A stretch of DNA of 64,000 bases from Candidatus Multivoradales bacterium (GTDB lineage: Bacteria; Acidobacteriota; Thermoanaerobaculia; Multivoradales; JAHEKO01): the NCBI GenBank assembly GCA_965223855.1, contig CBDCXM010000009.1, forward strand, positions 2,560,001 to 2,624,000, given 5' to 3'. Below, piece by piece: positions 19,691-27,940 of this stretch. Numbering within the stretch: the stretch's first letter is position 1; each line of letters starts with the position of its first letter. A model generated the notes under the pieces. The model did no database searches. It worked only from the letters and a program-made list of their open reading frames with translations, and was not told the DNA's origin. Both the position numbers and the translations under genes were made by a program.

Positions 19691-20341
19691 GTGAGACGAC
19701 AATTCCGGATCCTGCTGTTGCTGACGACGACCGTTGCCTCGGGGGTAGCGGCTCAGCCACTGACCGTCGCCGACGAGGAACGGATCGACGAGGCGGAGCG
19801 CAAGGGGGCCCTTCTGGCGCTGGGCACCGGCGCCGTCCGATACGACCCGGGGGCTCCGGCGGATGCCCTGCTGACGGGAGGGGGCCCCGGCCTCTACACC
19901 GACTACTTCGGCAACGTCTTCGACACCAGGAATGGCGCTCCTTTGAGCCCCGGGACGATCACACGGGTCTCCTGGTACGCCGGTAACGCAGGGACCTACG
20001 CCGCCTCTACCCAGATCGTGGCGTTCGGTCCGCCGAGCGGCTCGATCTCCACCTACGGACTGATCTCCGGGGTCGCACCCCTGGCCTTCAACTCCGTCAC
20101 CGCGGCCCTGCCGTTCAGCGGATCGATTTTCGGCGCGATCCTCGCGCGCACCTATGGTCAGGGCGGGGTGTTCGGCAGCGTCGGCGCGCGCTCCGCATCG
20201 ACCGGGAGCCAGGGCTTCCACGGGGTCCTGAAGTCGTTCTACGCGGGCAACACCTCGGTGCTGCCGGGTCAGAACGTGATGATCAGGGTCTCCGGGACGC
20301 TCGTGGTGCCGGTCGAGTTGATGGAGTTCGAACTCCAGTAG
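19691..20341 (+). CDS. Secreted beta-rich protein with C-terminal VPVEL tail
   Basis: AAGGAG RBS before GTG 19691, signal peptide, ends VVPVELMEFELQ. Confidence 0.75.
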   Translation: MRRQFRILLLLTTTVASGVAAQPLTVADEERIDEAERKGALLALGTGAVRYDPGAPADALLTGGGPGLYTDYFGNVFDTRNGAPLSPGTITRVSWYAGNAGTYAASTQIVAFGPPSGSISTYGLISGVAPLAFNSVTAALPFSGSIFGAILARTYGQGGVFGSVGARSASTGSQGFHGVLKSFYAGNTSVLPGQNVMIRVSGTLVVPVELMEFELQ

Positions 20342-20353
20342 CGGTTCAAGAGC

Positions 20354-20430
20354 CCGGGTGGTCGAGAAGCCGGGTGGTCGAGAAGTCGGGCGGTTGAGAA
20401 GCCGGGTGGTCGAGAAGCCGGCGGTCGAGG
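20354..20430. repeat. Tandem repeat, 16-bp unit CCGGGTGGTCGAGAAG, 4 full copies plus 1 partial
   Basis: Units start at 20354, 20370, 20386 (variant), 20402, 20418 (partial). Confidence 0.9.
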
Positions 20431-20439
20431 GTGCGGTGC

Positions 20440-20710
20440 TGGGCACGAACGTCGGGCGGGAACTCGTTGCGACGGCTTCGTGGCAGGTTGGCAGCCGAGT
20501 CGAGGGGGCGCCGGAGAGGTAGGCGGTAGTCCATCGAGAACTGCTGCCGGGTAAGGCAGAAGCGTCGCTTGCCAGGTGCGTCGACGAGCACGGACTCGTC
20601 CGGTCTTTCAATCGCTGAACTCTGCGATTCGAGGAGAACCTGCCGCGTTCCACGTGATCCGCCCTGCGCATCCGTACCTGAAGCCCTTCGAGATGGTCTT
20701 CGGATGCCAT
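20440..20710 (-). pseudogene. Possible decayed four-helix-bundle (23S rRNA-IVS-type) gene
   Basis: Fragments 'MASEDHLEGLQV', 'GRFSSNRRVQR', 'LTRQQF', 'TAYLSG' over two frames loosely recall this family; flanked by a tandem repeat. Confidence 0.3.
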
Positions 20711-20835
20711 CCTGGTTGTTCTCGCCTGCGACCGCGGTCGGAATCTTCTCCGCTGCCCTCTTTGGTGCGGGCGATCGGACAGGGCTCTGAATCTCGCGGC
20801 TGGTCGACTCGGCCCAAAGAGTGGTCCTCGCGATC

Positions 20836-22221
20836 TCAGAAGAGACCGACGGCGTGCAGGAAGATCGCCGCGATCGCGATCGGCACGACGTAGCGCAGCG
20901 CCACCAGCCATCCGGCGTAGAAGCTCGCCCATCGGCTGCCGCGACCGAACTCGTCGCGCCGCAGCTCGTCCGGCAGGCGCCAGGCGACGAACAGGGCGAT
21001 GCCCATCCCTCCTACGGGCAGGCACCAGTTCGAGGCAATGTCGGCGACCAGGTCGAACCAGTTACTGCCGACGGCGGCCTCCATTCCCGAACCGAAGAGC
21101 GCCGAAGAGCCGGAAAGCGCCGACGGAACGGCGAGAAGGGCGATGCCGATTCCCGAGAAGAGGGTGGCCCGGGCCCGTGTCCAACCCCGCTCGTCGATCA
21201 GGTAGGCGGTGGCAACCTCCAGGAGTGAGATCGCGCTCGTCAGAGCGGCGAAGACGAGCAGGCCGAAGAAGGCGGTCGCGAGAATCGAGCCCGCCGGCAT
21301 CTGAGCGAAGGCGATCGGGATGTTGGTGAAGATCAGGCCCGGCCCCTGCGTCGGTTCCAGCCCGAAGCTGAAGGTGATCGGGAAGATGACCAGGCAGGCC
21401 AGCAGGGCGATCAGCGTGTCGAGTCCGGCGATACCGGCCGACATCGAGGGGAGGTCGGAGTCGCGGCTCAGGTAGGAGCCGTAGGTCAGCAGGCCCCCCA
21501 TGCCGACACTCAGCGTGAAGAACGAGTGTCCGAGCGCTTCGATGACCCCTGCGGCGGTGAGTTCGTCAGCGTGCAGTCCGAAAACGAAGTCGAAGGCGCG
21601 GCCGAAGCCCTCAAGAGTGAAGGCACGCGCCAGCAGCACGAGAAACAGGACGAGCAGCGCCGGCATCAGGATGCGGGACCAGCGCTCGAGTCCGTGGCGC
21701 ACGCCCCGCCAGACGACGGCGACCGTCAGCGCGAGGAAGAGTGCCGTCCAGAGCAGGTTGACGGGTGCACTGGTATAGGTGTTGCCGAAGATGGCCGCGA
21801 TCGCCTCCGGGCTTTGTCCGGACAACCTTCCCGTGGCGGCGAGGAGGCAGTAGTACATCGCCCATCCCGCTACGACGGCGTAGAACGACAGCACCATCCA
21901 GGCGACGACGACTCCCATGCCCCCCAGGGTCTTCCACGGTGTGCGGGGCCCGGCGAGGGTCTTGAAGGCGGTGACCGTCGAGCGCTGCGAGGCGCGTCCG
22001 ATCATGATCTCCGCCACCATCACCGGCAGCCCGACGACGAAGATGCAGCCGAGGTAGAGGAGGACGAACAGCCCACCGCCGTTCTCACCCGTGATGTAGG
22101 GGAAGCGCCAGACGTTGCCGAGGCCGACGGCGGAACCCGCGGCCGCGAGGACGAAGCCGGTGCGGGAGGCCCAGGCCCCACGGGAGCCCTCAGGTGGAGC
22201 AGGACTGGCGGTGCTCGTCAT
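20836..22221 (-). CDS. Sodium-dependent transporter (NSS/SNF family)
   Basis: 'AGSAVGLGNVWRFPY..GENGGG.F', 'FFTLSVGMG', 'GPGLIF', 'ALTSAISLLE'. Confidence 0.95.
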   Translation of the reverse strand: MTSTASPAPPEGSRGAWASRTGFVLAAAGSAVGLGNVWRFPYITGENGGGLFVLLYLGCIFVVGLPVMVAEIMIGRASQRSTVTAFKTLAGPRTPWKTLGGMGVVVAWMVLSFYAVVAGWAMYYCLLAATGRLSGQSPEAIAAIFGNTYTSAPVNLLWTALFLALTVAVVWRGVRHGLERWSRILMPALLVLFLVLLARAFTLEGFGRAFDFVFGLHADELTAAGVIEALGHSFFTLSVGMGGLLTYGSYLSRDSDLPSMSAGIAGLDTLIALLACLVIFPITFSFGLEPTQGPGLIFTNIPIAFAQMPAGSILATAFFGLLVFAALTSAISLLEVATAYLIDERGWTRARATLFSGIGIALLAVPSALSGSSALFGSGMEAAVGSNWFDLVADIASNWCLPVGGMGIALFVAWRLPDELRRDEFGRGSRWASFYAGWLVALRYVVPIAIAAIFLHAVGLF

Positions 22222-22297
22222 CACGATCTCCTGTCGTTACGATGCCGGCAATATAGCAGCGGCCCGGAGCGGGAAGGCGGGTCGGGGAGGAGCAGCC

Positions 22298-22558
22298 ATG
22301 CAACCGGCAGACTGGATCGGCGCCACCGGAGTCGCCACACTTCTCGCGGCCTTCGCACTGAGCCTTCGCGGCACGCTGACGGCGAAGTCGCGGCTCTATC
22401 AGTGGATGAACCTTCTCGGCGCCGGCCTCGCCTGCTGGGCCTCGGTGCTGATCGAATACTGGCCGTTCGTGGTGCTCGAGGGGACCTGGGCGGCGGCAGC
22501 GTTGGCCGCGCTCGTGCGTCGGGCAGCGCCGGGGCAGTCGCAACCGGGAACACCGTAG
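22298..22558 (+). CDS. Small membrane protein (CBU_0592-like)
   Basis: 'DWIG..GV..LL.AF', 'YQWMNLLGA', 'WPFVVLEGTW'; GGAGGAG RBS. Confidence 0.7.
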   Translation: MQPADWIGATGVATLLAAFALSLRGTLTAKSRLYQWMNLLGAGLACWASVLIEYWPFVVLEGTWAAAALAALVRRAAPGQSQPGTP

Positions 22559-22645
22559 CCGGCCTCTCGGCCGCCCGGCGTCTTCTCAGCGTCGCGCGGT
22601 GCCGCGCGAGCGGTGGGATAGAGTCTGCCGCTTCGGAGGTGATGG

Positions 22646-23998
22646 ATGCGTAGACACTCCTGGGTTTCCTGCCTGGTTCTGGTGGCGATGACGGCGCCTG
22701 GCGCCGCTTCGGACTTCTTCGACGGACGGTCGATCGAGGCTCCGGGGGCCGTCCTGGCACAGCGCGATCGTGTGGCGCCGGTCAATGCGATGCTGGCGGA
22801 GCGTCTCGACGACGTCCTGCCTGCTCTCATGCGTGAGACCGGCATCGAGATGTGGCTCGTCCTCAACCGCGAGTACGCCGAGGATCCGGTGTTCTTCACT
22901 CTGGCTCCCGACCCGGTGTTCGCAGCCCGCAGGACGACGATGCTCGTCTTCCACGACCGCGGGGAGGAAGGGGTCGATCGGCTGACGGTCAATCGCTACC
23001 CCTACGGTCCGCCGTACGAGTCCGCATGGGAAGGCGGCGACCTGGACGAACAGTGGCAGGCTCTCGGTGCGCTCATCGCCGAGCGGGATCCGGCATCGAT
23101 CGGCATCAACGTCAGCCGCGACTGGCCGGTGGCGGACGGCCTCACGGCGGCGTTGCGCGACCGCCTGATGGAGGTGCTCTCGCCGGAGCTCCAGTCCCGG
23201 GTCGTGAGTGCGGAGGAACTCGCGGTGCGATGGCTCGAGACCCGCAGCGACGGCGAACTGGCGACCTACCCTCACATCGTCGCCATCGCCCGCGGCGTGA
23301 TCTCCGAGGCGTTCTCGTCGCAGGTGATCACCCCCGGGGTGACGACGACCGACGAGGTCGAGTGGTACATCCGTGAGCGCTTCCACGCCCTCGAGCTCGA
23401 TCCGTGGTTCCATCCGAGCGTCAACCGGCAGCGGCGTGGCGTCGTCTGCGGCGAGAAGGATCCGTTCTGCGGTGACAGCGGCATTATCGAGCCGGGAGAC
23501 GTGCTGCATACGGACGTCGGCATCTGCTACCTGCGGCTCTGCACCGACACCCAGGAAATGGGTTACGTCGCGCGGCTGGGGGAGGAGGAGGTGCCGGCGG
23601 GCCTGCGCGAGGCGCTGGCGGTCGGCAACCGGTGGCAGGATCACCTGACCGGTTCGTTCGTCACCGGTCGCACCGGAAATCAGATCCTCGCCGCGACCAT
23701 CGCCGCCTGCGAGGCTGAGGAGATTCTCTCGAGCACCTACACCCATCCGCTCGGCTTCTTCGGGCACGCGCCGGGACCGACGATCGGCATGTGGGACAAC
23801 CAGGGGGACACGCCGGTTCGCGGCGACTGGCCGCTCCACCCCGATACCGCCTACTCGATCGAGGGCAACGTCAAGGTCCGGGTGCCGGAGTGGGACGACC
23901 AGTTCGTGCAGATCAAGCTCGAGCAGGACGCGATTTTCGACGGCGACAAGGTGCGCTACATCGCCGGCCGCCAGGTCGATTGGCACCTGGTGCGTTGA
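22646..23998 (+). CDS. Exported M24 family (Xaa-Pro aminopeptidase-like) peptidase
   Basis: Signal peptide; 'REYAEDPV', 'GDVLHTDVG', 'TDTQE', 'YTHPLG..GH..GP.IG', 'SIE'. Confidence 0.85.
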   Translation: MRRHSWVSCLVLVAMTAPGAASDFFDGRSIEAPGAVLAQRDRVAPVNAMLAERLDDVLPALMRETGIEMWLVLNREYAEDPVFFTLAPDPVFAARRTTMLVFHDRGEEGVDRLTVNRYPYGPPYESAWEGGDLDEQWQALGALIAERDPASIGINVSRDWPVADGLTAALRDRLMEVLSPELQSRVVSAEELAVRWLETRSDGELATYPHIVAIARGVISEAFSSQVITPGVTTTDEVEWYIRERFHALELDPWFHPSVNRQRRGVVCGEKDPFCGDSGIIEPGDVLHTDVGICYLRLCTDTQEMGYVARLGEEEVPAGLREALAVGNRWQDHLTGSFVTGRTGNQILAATIAACEAEEILSSTYTHPLGFFGHAPGPTIGMWDNQGDTPVRGDWPLHPDTAYSIEGNVKVRVPEWDDQFVQIKLEQDAIFDGDKVRYIAGRQVDWHLVR

Positions 23999-24047
23999 CC
24001 ACTCAGTGCGCCGACCACTCAGTGCGCCGACCACTCGGTGCGCTGAC
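23997..24047. repeat. Tandem repeat, 16-bp unit GACCACTCAGTGCGCC x3
   Basis: Units start at 23997, 24013, 24029 (2 mismatches); the first overlaps the upstream TGA. Confidence 0.9.
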
Positions 24048-24072
24048 GTACACTAGCGGCGGCGGTTCACTC

Positions 24073-24417
24073 ATGGCGGACAGTTCCATCTACAAGGTCG
24101 TTTTTCTCAACCAGGGCAAGGTGTACGAGATGTACGCCCGCTCGGTGGGGGCGAGCGGCCTCTTCGGTTTCATCGAAGTCGAGGAGTTCCTCTTCGGTGA
24201 GCGCAGTCAGGTGGTCGTCGATCCGACCGAGGAGACCCTCAAGAACGAGTTCAAAGGCGTTCGGCGGACCAACATCCCGATGCACTCGATCGTGCGTATC
24301 GACGAGGTCGACAAGCAGGGGGTCAATCGGATCACCGGCGAGACCTCGGGAGACGCCAGCGTGATGCCGTTTCCGACGCCGATCTTCGAGAAGCCGTCCG
24401 GCTCCTCCGAGAGCTGA
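24073..24417 (+). CDS. DUF1820 family protein
   Basis: 'IYKVVFLNQGKVYE', 'GFIEVEEF.FGERSQVVVDP.EE.LK.EF', 'IPMH..VRIDEV'. Confidence 0.85.
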   Translation: MADSSIYKVVFLNQGKVYEMYARSVGASGLFGFIEVEEFLFGERSQVVVDPTEETLKNEFKGVRRTNIPMHSIVRIDEVDKQGVNRITGETSGDASVMPFPTPIFEKPSGSSES

Positions 24418-24477
24418 GGCCGGGGCCGGCGCTACCGGCTGCGACGCGGGCTCCGGGGAGCGCCCCCCGGAGCGACC

Positions 24478-25386
24478 TCAGTGGGACGAGGCGTAGCTCT
24501 TCTCGCCGGCCTCGATCCGCAGATCGAGCCGGTTTTGCGGCGGCGGCAGGGGGCAGGTCGCGAAGGCGGTGAAGGCGCAGGGAGGGTTGTAGGCCCGGTT
24601 GAAGTCGATCGTCACCCGCCCCTCGTCGTCCGGTGCCGGCGTGTAGAGGTAGCGCCCGGCGCCGTAGGTTTCGTGACCGCTCGTGGCGTCGCCGAAGATG
24701 ATGAACAGTTCCTCGTCGCCCGGCTCCGCGAGCACGTCGAGGCGATAGGCGGCGTCGCCGACCTGGAACTCGAGGGCGCCCCAACTCGTCGCATCGTTCA
24801 CCTGCCCCAGGACGTTGGCGACCGGGATCTGCCTGGGTGGCTCGTACGCGACGAAGCGGGCCTGCAGCCGCCAGTCCAGTGAGACCGGGAAGGAGTCGAT
24901 GCCGGTGAAGGCCCGGCGGGCGGAGTGCTCGCGATCGCGGCCTCTGAGCCACAGGACGCCGCCCCTTTCGATCACGTGGTAGTTGAGAGTGCCGATCTCG
25001 ACGAGAGTGGGATCGCCATCGACGTCGGAGCGAAGCGGGGTGGACTCGATCCGGTCACCGTCGATCGTCACCTCGACGCCGGGCGCGACTTCCAGGTACA
25101 GGCCGTCGGCTCCGACGGTGAGAACGCCGAGCCTGGAGGGCGCCGCCTCGGTGAGCCGGATGCTCGAATCCTCTGCGGAACCGAGGATCTGTCTACCCGG
25201 CTCGAGCCGGTGCAGGCCGGTCAGGGTGAGCCAGCCGGTGTCTCGGGTCAGCGCGGCGATCCTTCGGTCACGCCACTGCTCGACCTCCTGCCTGTGGAGC
25301 TCCTCCTCCCCCTGGGCTGCGAGGGCTCCGGGAAGCAGGAAGGCTGCGGCGATGGCGAACGTCGAGCAGGCGGTTGCGCGGTTCAT
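24478..25386 (-). CDS. DUF1684 domain protein, exported
   Basis: Signal peptide; 'GWLTLTGL', 'F.DATSG.ETYGAGR', 'IDFNRAYNPPCAFT.FATCPLPP..NRL...IEAGEK'. Confidence 0.9.
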   Translation of the reverse strand: MNRATACSTFAIAAAFLLPGALAAQGEEELHRQEVEQWRDRRIAALTRDTGWLTLTGLHRLEPGRQILGSAEDSSIRLTEAAPSRLGVLTVGADGLYLEVAPGVEVTIDGDRIESTPLRSDVDGDPTLVEIGTLNYHVIERGGVLWLRGRDREHSARRAFTGIDSFPVSLDWRLQARFVAYEPPRQIPVANVLGQVNDATSWGALEFQVGDAAYRLDVLAEPGDEELFIIFGDATSGHETYGAGRYLYTPAPDDEGRVTIDFNRAYNPPCAFTAFATCPLPPPQNRLDLRIEAGEKSYASSH

Positions 25387-25422
25387 GACTCGAGATTGTA
25401 GGCCGCAGTAAGATCCGCCCGC

Positions 25423-27339
25423 ATGTCCGACGATCGTCACTCCCGCAGACCGCCCTCCGACGGAGGGATGATCGACCTGCCTCTCGGGTCCGACGCCGCG
25501 CCTGCCCCCGAGCCCCCTTCGGCTCCGAGCGACAGGCCGCCTGAGGAGCCGGGATTTCACGTTCCGGGAGCGACTCCGCGACATGAGCGGACCGACCGCC
25601 CTCCCGCGGGGGACGTGCTCCGTGGCCGGGCGCAACAGCGGCGACGTCGGAAGTTCCCCTGGTTGTGGATCGTACTGCTGCTGATCCTCGCCGCGGTGGG
25701 TTACTGGATGTTGCTGCGTCCGCCGGAACTCGTCGTGGCTCCGGTGGCGCTCGACTTCGGCACGGCGCGCGTAGGGGACACGGGTGAGTCCCAGCGCCTC
25801 GAGATTGCCAACGGCGGTCGACGGGAGTTGATTCTGGCGGAGGTGGTGTCGGACTCGGAGTCTTTCGTCGTCGAAGCGACGCCGTGTCTCGGCCTGCCGC
25901 TGGCTGCTCGCCAGGGCTGTGGCTTCGAGGTCTCGTTCCGCCCGCAGGAGGCCGGCCCGCAAACGGCGCAGGTGACGTTCGATTCGAACGCCTGGGGCCG
26001 GGTTCCCCTCGTGACTCTCACGGGTACCGGTCAGGCGCCGTCTCTGGCCTCGACGCCGGCCGAGGTCGATTTCGGCCGCATCGGTGTCGGCAAGGAGGGA
26101 GAGGGTGTGACGCTGACCTTCACGAACCGGGGGTCGGCGACGCTCAACCTGGAGCGGGTGGCGATCGAAGGGGAGGACCGGGGGTTCGCCTGGCTTGCCA
26201 ACTCGTGCTCTCGCAAGGAGCTGGCTCCCGGCGAAGGTTGTGAAGTGCGGCTGGGCTTCCGACCGCGCGAGACAGGGCGCTTCGAGGGGACACTGAGGGT
26301 CTGGAGCGACGCTCCGGAAGATCCCCGGATCCCGGTCCGGGGCGTCGGCGTGGCTCCCGGTCTGTTCGTCGACCCAGACAGCCTGGCGTTCGGCGAGTTC
26401 AGCCCCTCCAGCCTGCCCTCGGGTGGCGCGACCGAGGCGAGGAGCCTGACCATCGAGAACACGGGCAACGCGCCGCTCGAGATCGAGCGGGTCGAGGTCA
26501 CGGGAGGCGACGCGGCAGCCTTCTCCGTAGCCGGGAACCAGTGCGAGGGAGCGACCCTGGCTCCCGGCGAGCGCTGTCAGGTCGGCGTGACGTACCGGCC
26601 CGGGGCGCCGGCGCGGCATCGGGCGACGTTGCGAGTCCGCTCTCCGTCGGTGCAGCGCCGTACGGAGGTTGCGCTGAGTGGCGCGCTCCTGGCGCCGCGA
26701 ATCCGGCTGTCCACCAACGAGCTCGACTTCGGTCAGGTGGTGCAGTACGGCACCAACGAGCTCGAACTCACCATCGCCAACGGTGGCTCCGCGGCGCTGG
26801 CTCTTCGGGACCTGCGCCTGTCGGCCGGTGGCGAGTTCGGCATCGCGCGCAACGACTGCTCCCAGCAGGTCGCTCCCGGCGCGAGCTGTACCCTGCGGCT
26901 GCGCTTCTCTCCCAGTCGGGTAGGGGAGAGCGACGGCAGGCTGGCGATCGACCACAACGCCGGGGGCACCACCACGGTCGCGCTCCGGGGGCGCGCTGCA
27001 GCGCTCCCGGCTCCCGCGGCGCGAGTCGAGCCGTCGACAGTGAGCTTCGAGCCGCTGCCGGTCGGTGACCGGAGCGACATCCGCACGGTCCGGCTGCTGA
27101 GCACCGGTGCCGCGCGGCTGCCGTTGGGAGACGTTTCGATCACCGGGGCGCAGGCAGGGGACTTCCGGATCGTCCCGGCCTCGTGCGCCGGCCTCGACTC
27201 GCTGCTGCCGGACAGCGACTGCACCGTCGGGGTCAGCTTCCGCCCGGGTGGTGCCGGCACCCGCAGGGCGACCCTCGTTCTGCGTCATGGCGCCGCAGGC
27301 GGGCGCTCCGAAGTGAATCTCAGCGGCGAAGGCTACTGA
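25423..27339 (+). CDS. Membrane-anchored protein with five choice-of-anchor-D/ASH-type Ig repeats
   Basis: Pro-rich N-terminus, RRRRK plus TM helix, five repeats 'P..LDFG.....N.G...L....C...L.PG..C...V.F.P...G' each with a Cys pair. Confidence 0.82.
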   Translation: MSDDRHSRRPPSDGGMIDLPLGSDAAPAPEPPSAPSDRPPEEPGFHVPGATPRHERTDRPPAGDVLRGRAQQRRRRKFPWLWIVLLLILAAVGYWMLLRPPELVVAPVALDFGTARVGDTGESQRLEIANGGRRELILAEVVSDSESFVVEATPCLGLPLAARQGCGFEVSFRPQEAGPQTAQVTFDSNAWGRVPLVTLTGTGQAPSLASTPAEVDFGRIGVGKEGEGVTLTFTNRGSATLNLERVAIEGEDRGFAWLANSCSRKELAPGEGCEVRLGFRPRETGRFEGTLRVWSDAPEDPRIPVRGVGVAPGLFVDPDSLAFGEFSPSSLPSGGATEARSLTIENTGNAPLEIERVEVTGGDAAAFSVAGNQCEGATLAPGERCQVGVTYRPGAPARHRATLRVRSPSVQRRTEVALSGALLAPRIRLSTNELDFGQVVQYGTNELELTIANGGSAALALRDLRLSAGGEFGIARNDCSQQVAPGASCTLRLRFSPSRVGESDGRLAIDHNAGGTTTVALRGRAAALPAPAARVEPSTVSFEPLPVGDRSDIRTVRLLSTGAARLPLGDVSITGAQAGDFRIVPASCAGLDSLLPDSDCTVGVSFRPGGAGTRRATLVLRHGAAGGRSEVNLSGEGY

Positions 27340-27366
27340 AGCGCTGCTGTCGAGGAGGAAACAGTG

Positions 27367-27912
27367 ATGAACGTCAGACAGTTGCGCCATCCCATGGTTG
27401 CGCTCTTCGTCGTGCTTGCGGCGGCCTCCGGGGTTGCAGGCCAGGAATCCCAGCCGGGTCCGGAGGCTCGGCTCGAGGCGCTCGGCCTGGAACTGCCGGA
27501 ACTCTCCGCTCCGGTCGCCAACTATGTGCGTGCGGTCTCGACCGGCGACCTGGTCTTTCTCGCCGGGCACGGTCCGGCACGCCCGGAAGGAGGCTACGTC
27601 ACCGGCAAGGTCGGTGCCGACCTGACCGTGGAAGAAGGGCAGGCCGCTGCACGCCTGACCGGGCTCGCGCTGCTGGCTTCGCTCAGGGCCGAGATCGGCT
27701 CGCTCGATCGGGTCACGAGGATCGTCAAGGTCCTCGGTATGGTCAACTCCGACCCCGCGTTCACCGACCAGCACCTGGTGATGAACGGCTTCTCCGACCT
27801 GATGGTCGAGATCTTCGGCGATCGCGGCAAGCACGCCCGCTCCGCGGTCGGCATGGCGTCCTTGCCGATCGGCCTGGCGGTCGAGATCGAGATGATCGTC
27901 GAGGTGGAGTAG
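27367..27912 (+). CDS. Rid (YjgF/YER057c/UK114) family protein with signal peptide
   Basis: 'PVANYV', 'GDLVFLAGH', 'NGFSDL...FG..GKHARSAVG..SLP....VEIE'; GAGGAGG RBS. Confidence 0.9.
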   Translation: MNVRQLRHPMVALFVVLAAASGVAGQESQPGPEARLEALGLELPELSAPVANYVRAVSTGDLVFLAGHGPARPEGGYVTGKVGADLTVEEGQAAARLTGLALLASLRAEIGSLDRVTRIVKVLGMVNSDPAFTDQHLVMNGFSDLMVEIFGDRGKHARSAVGMASLPIGLAVEIEMIVEVE

Positions 27913-27940
27913 GTCGGGCGGTCCGGCGGTCGCGGTCGTC

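Noticed and set aside
20354-24047. 16-bp repeats as CRISPR arrays
   Set aside because: Units are contiguous with no unique spacers, too short, and there are no cas genes
24478-27834. 1118-aa ORF suggesting a large DUF1684 fusion
   Set aside because: The upstream part is antisense to the Ig-repeat and Rid genes; the real start is 25386, with a signal peptide and -10 box
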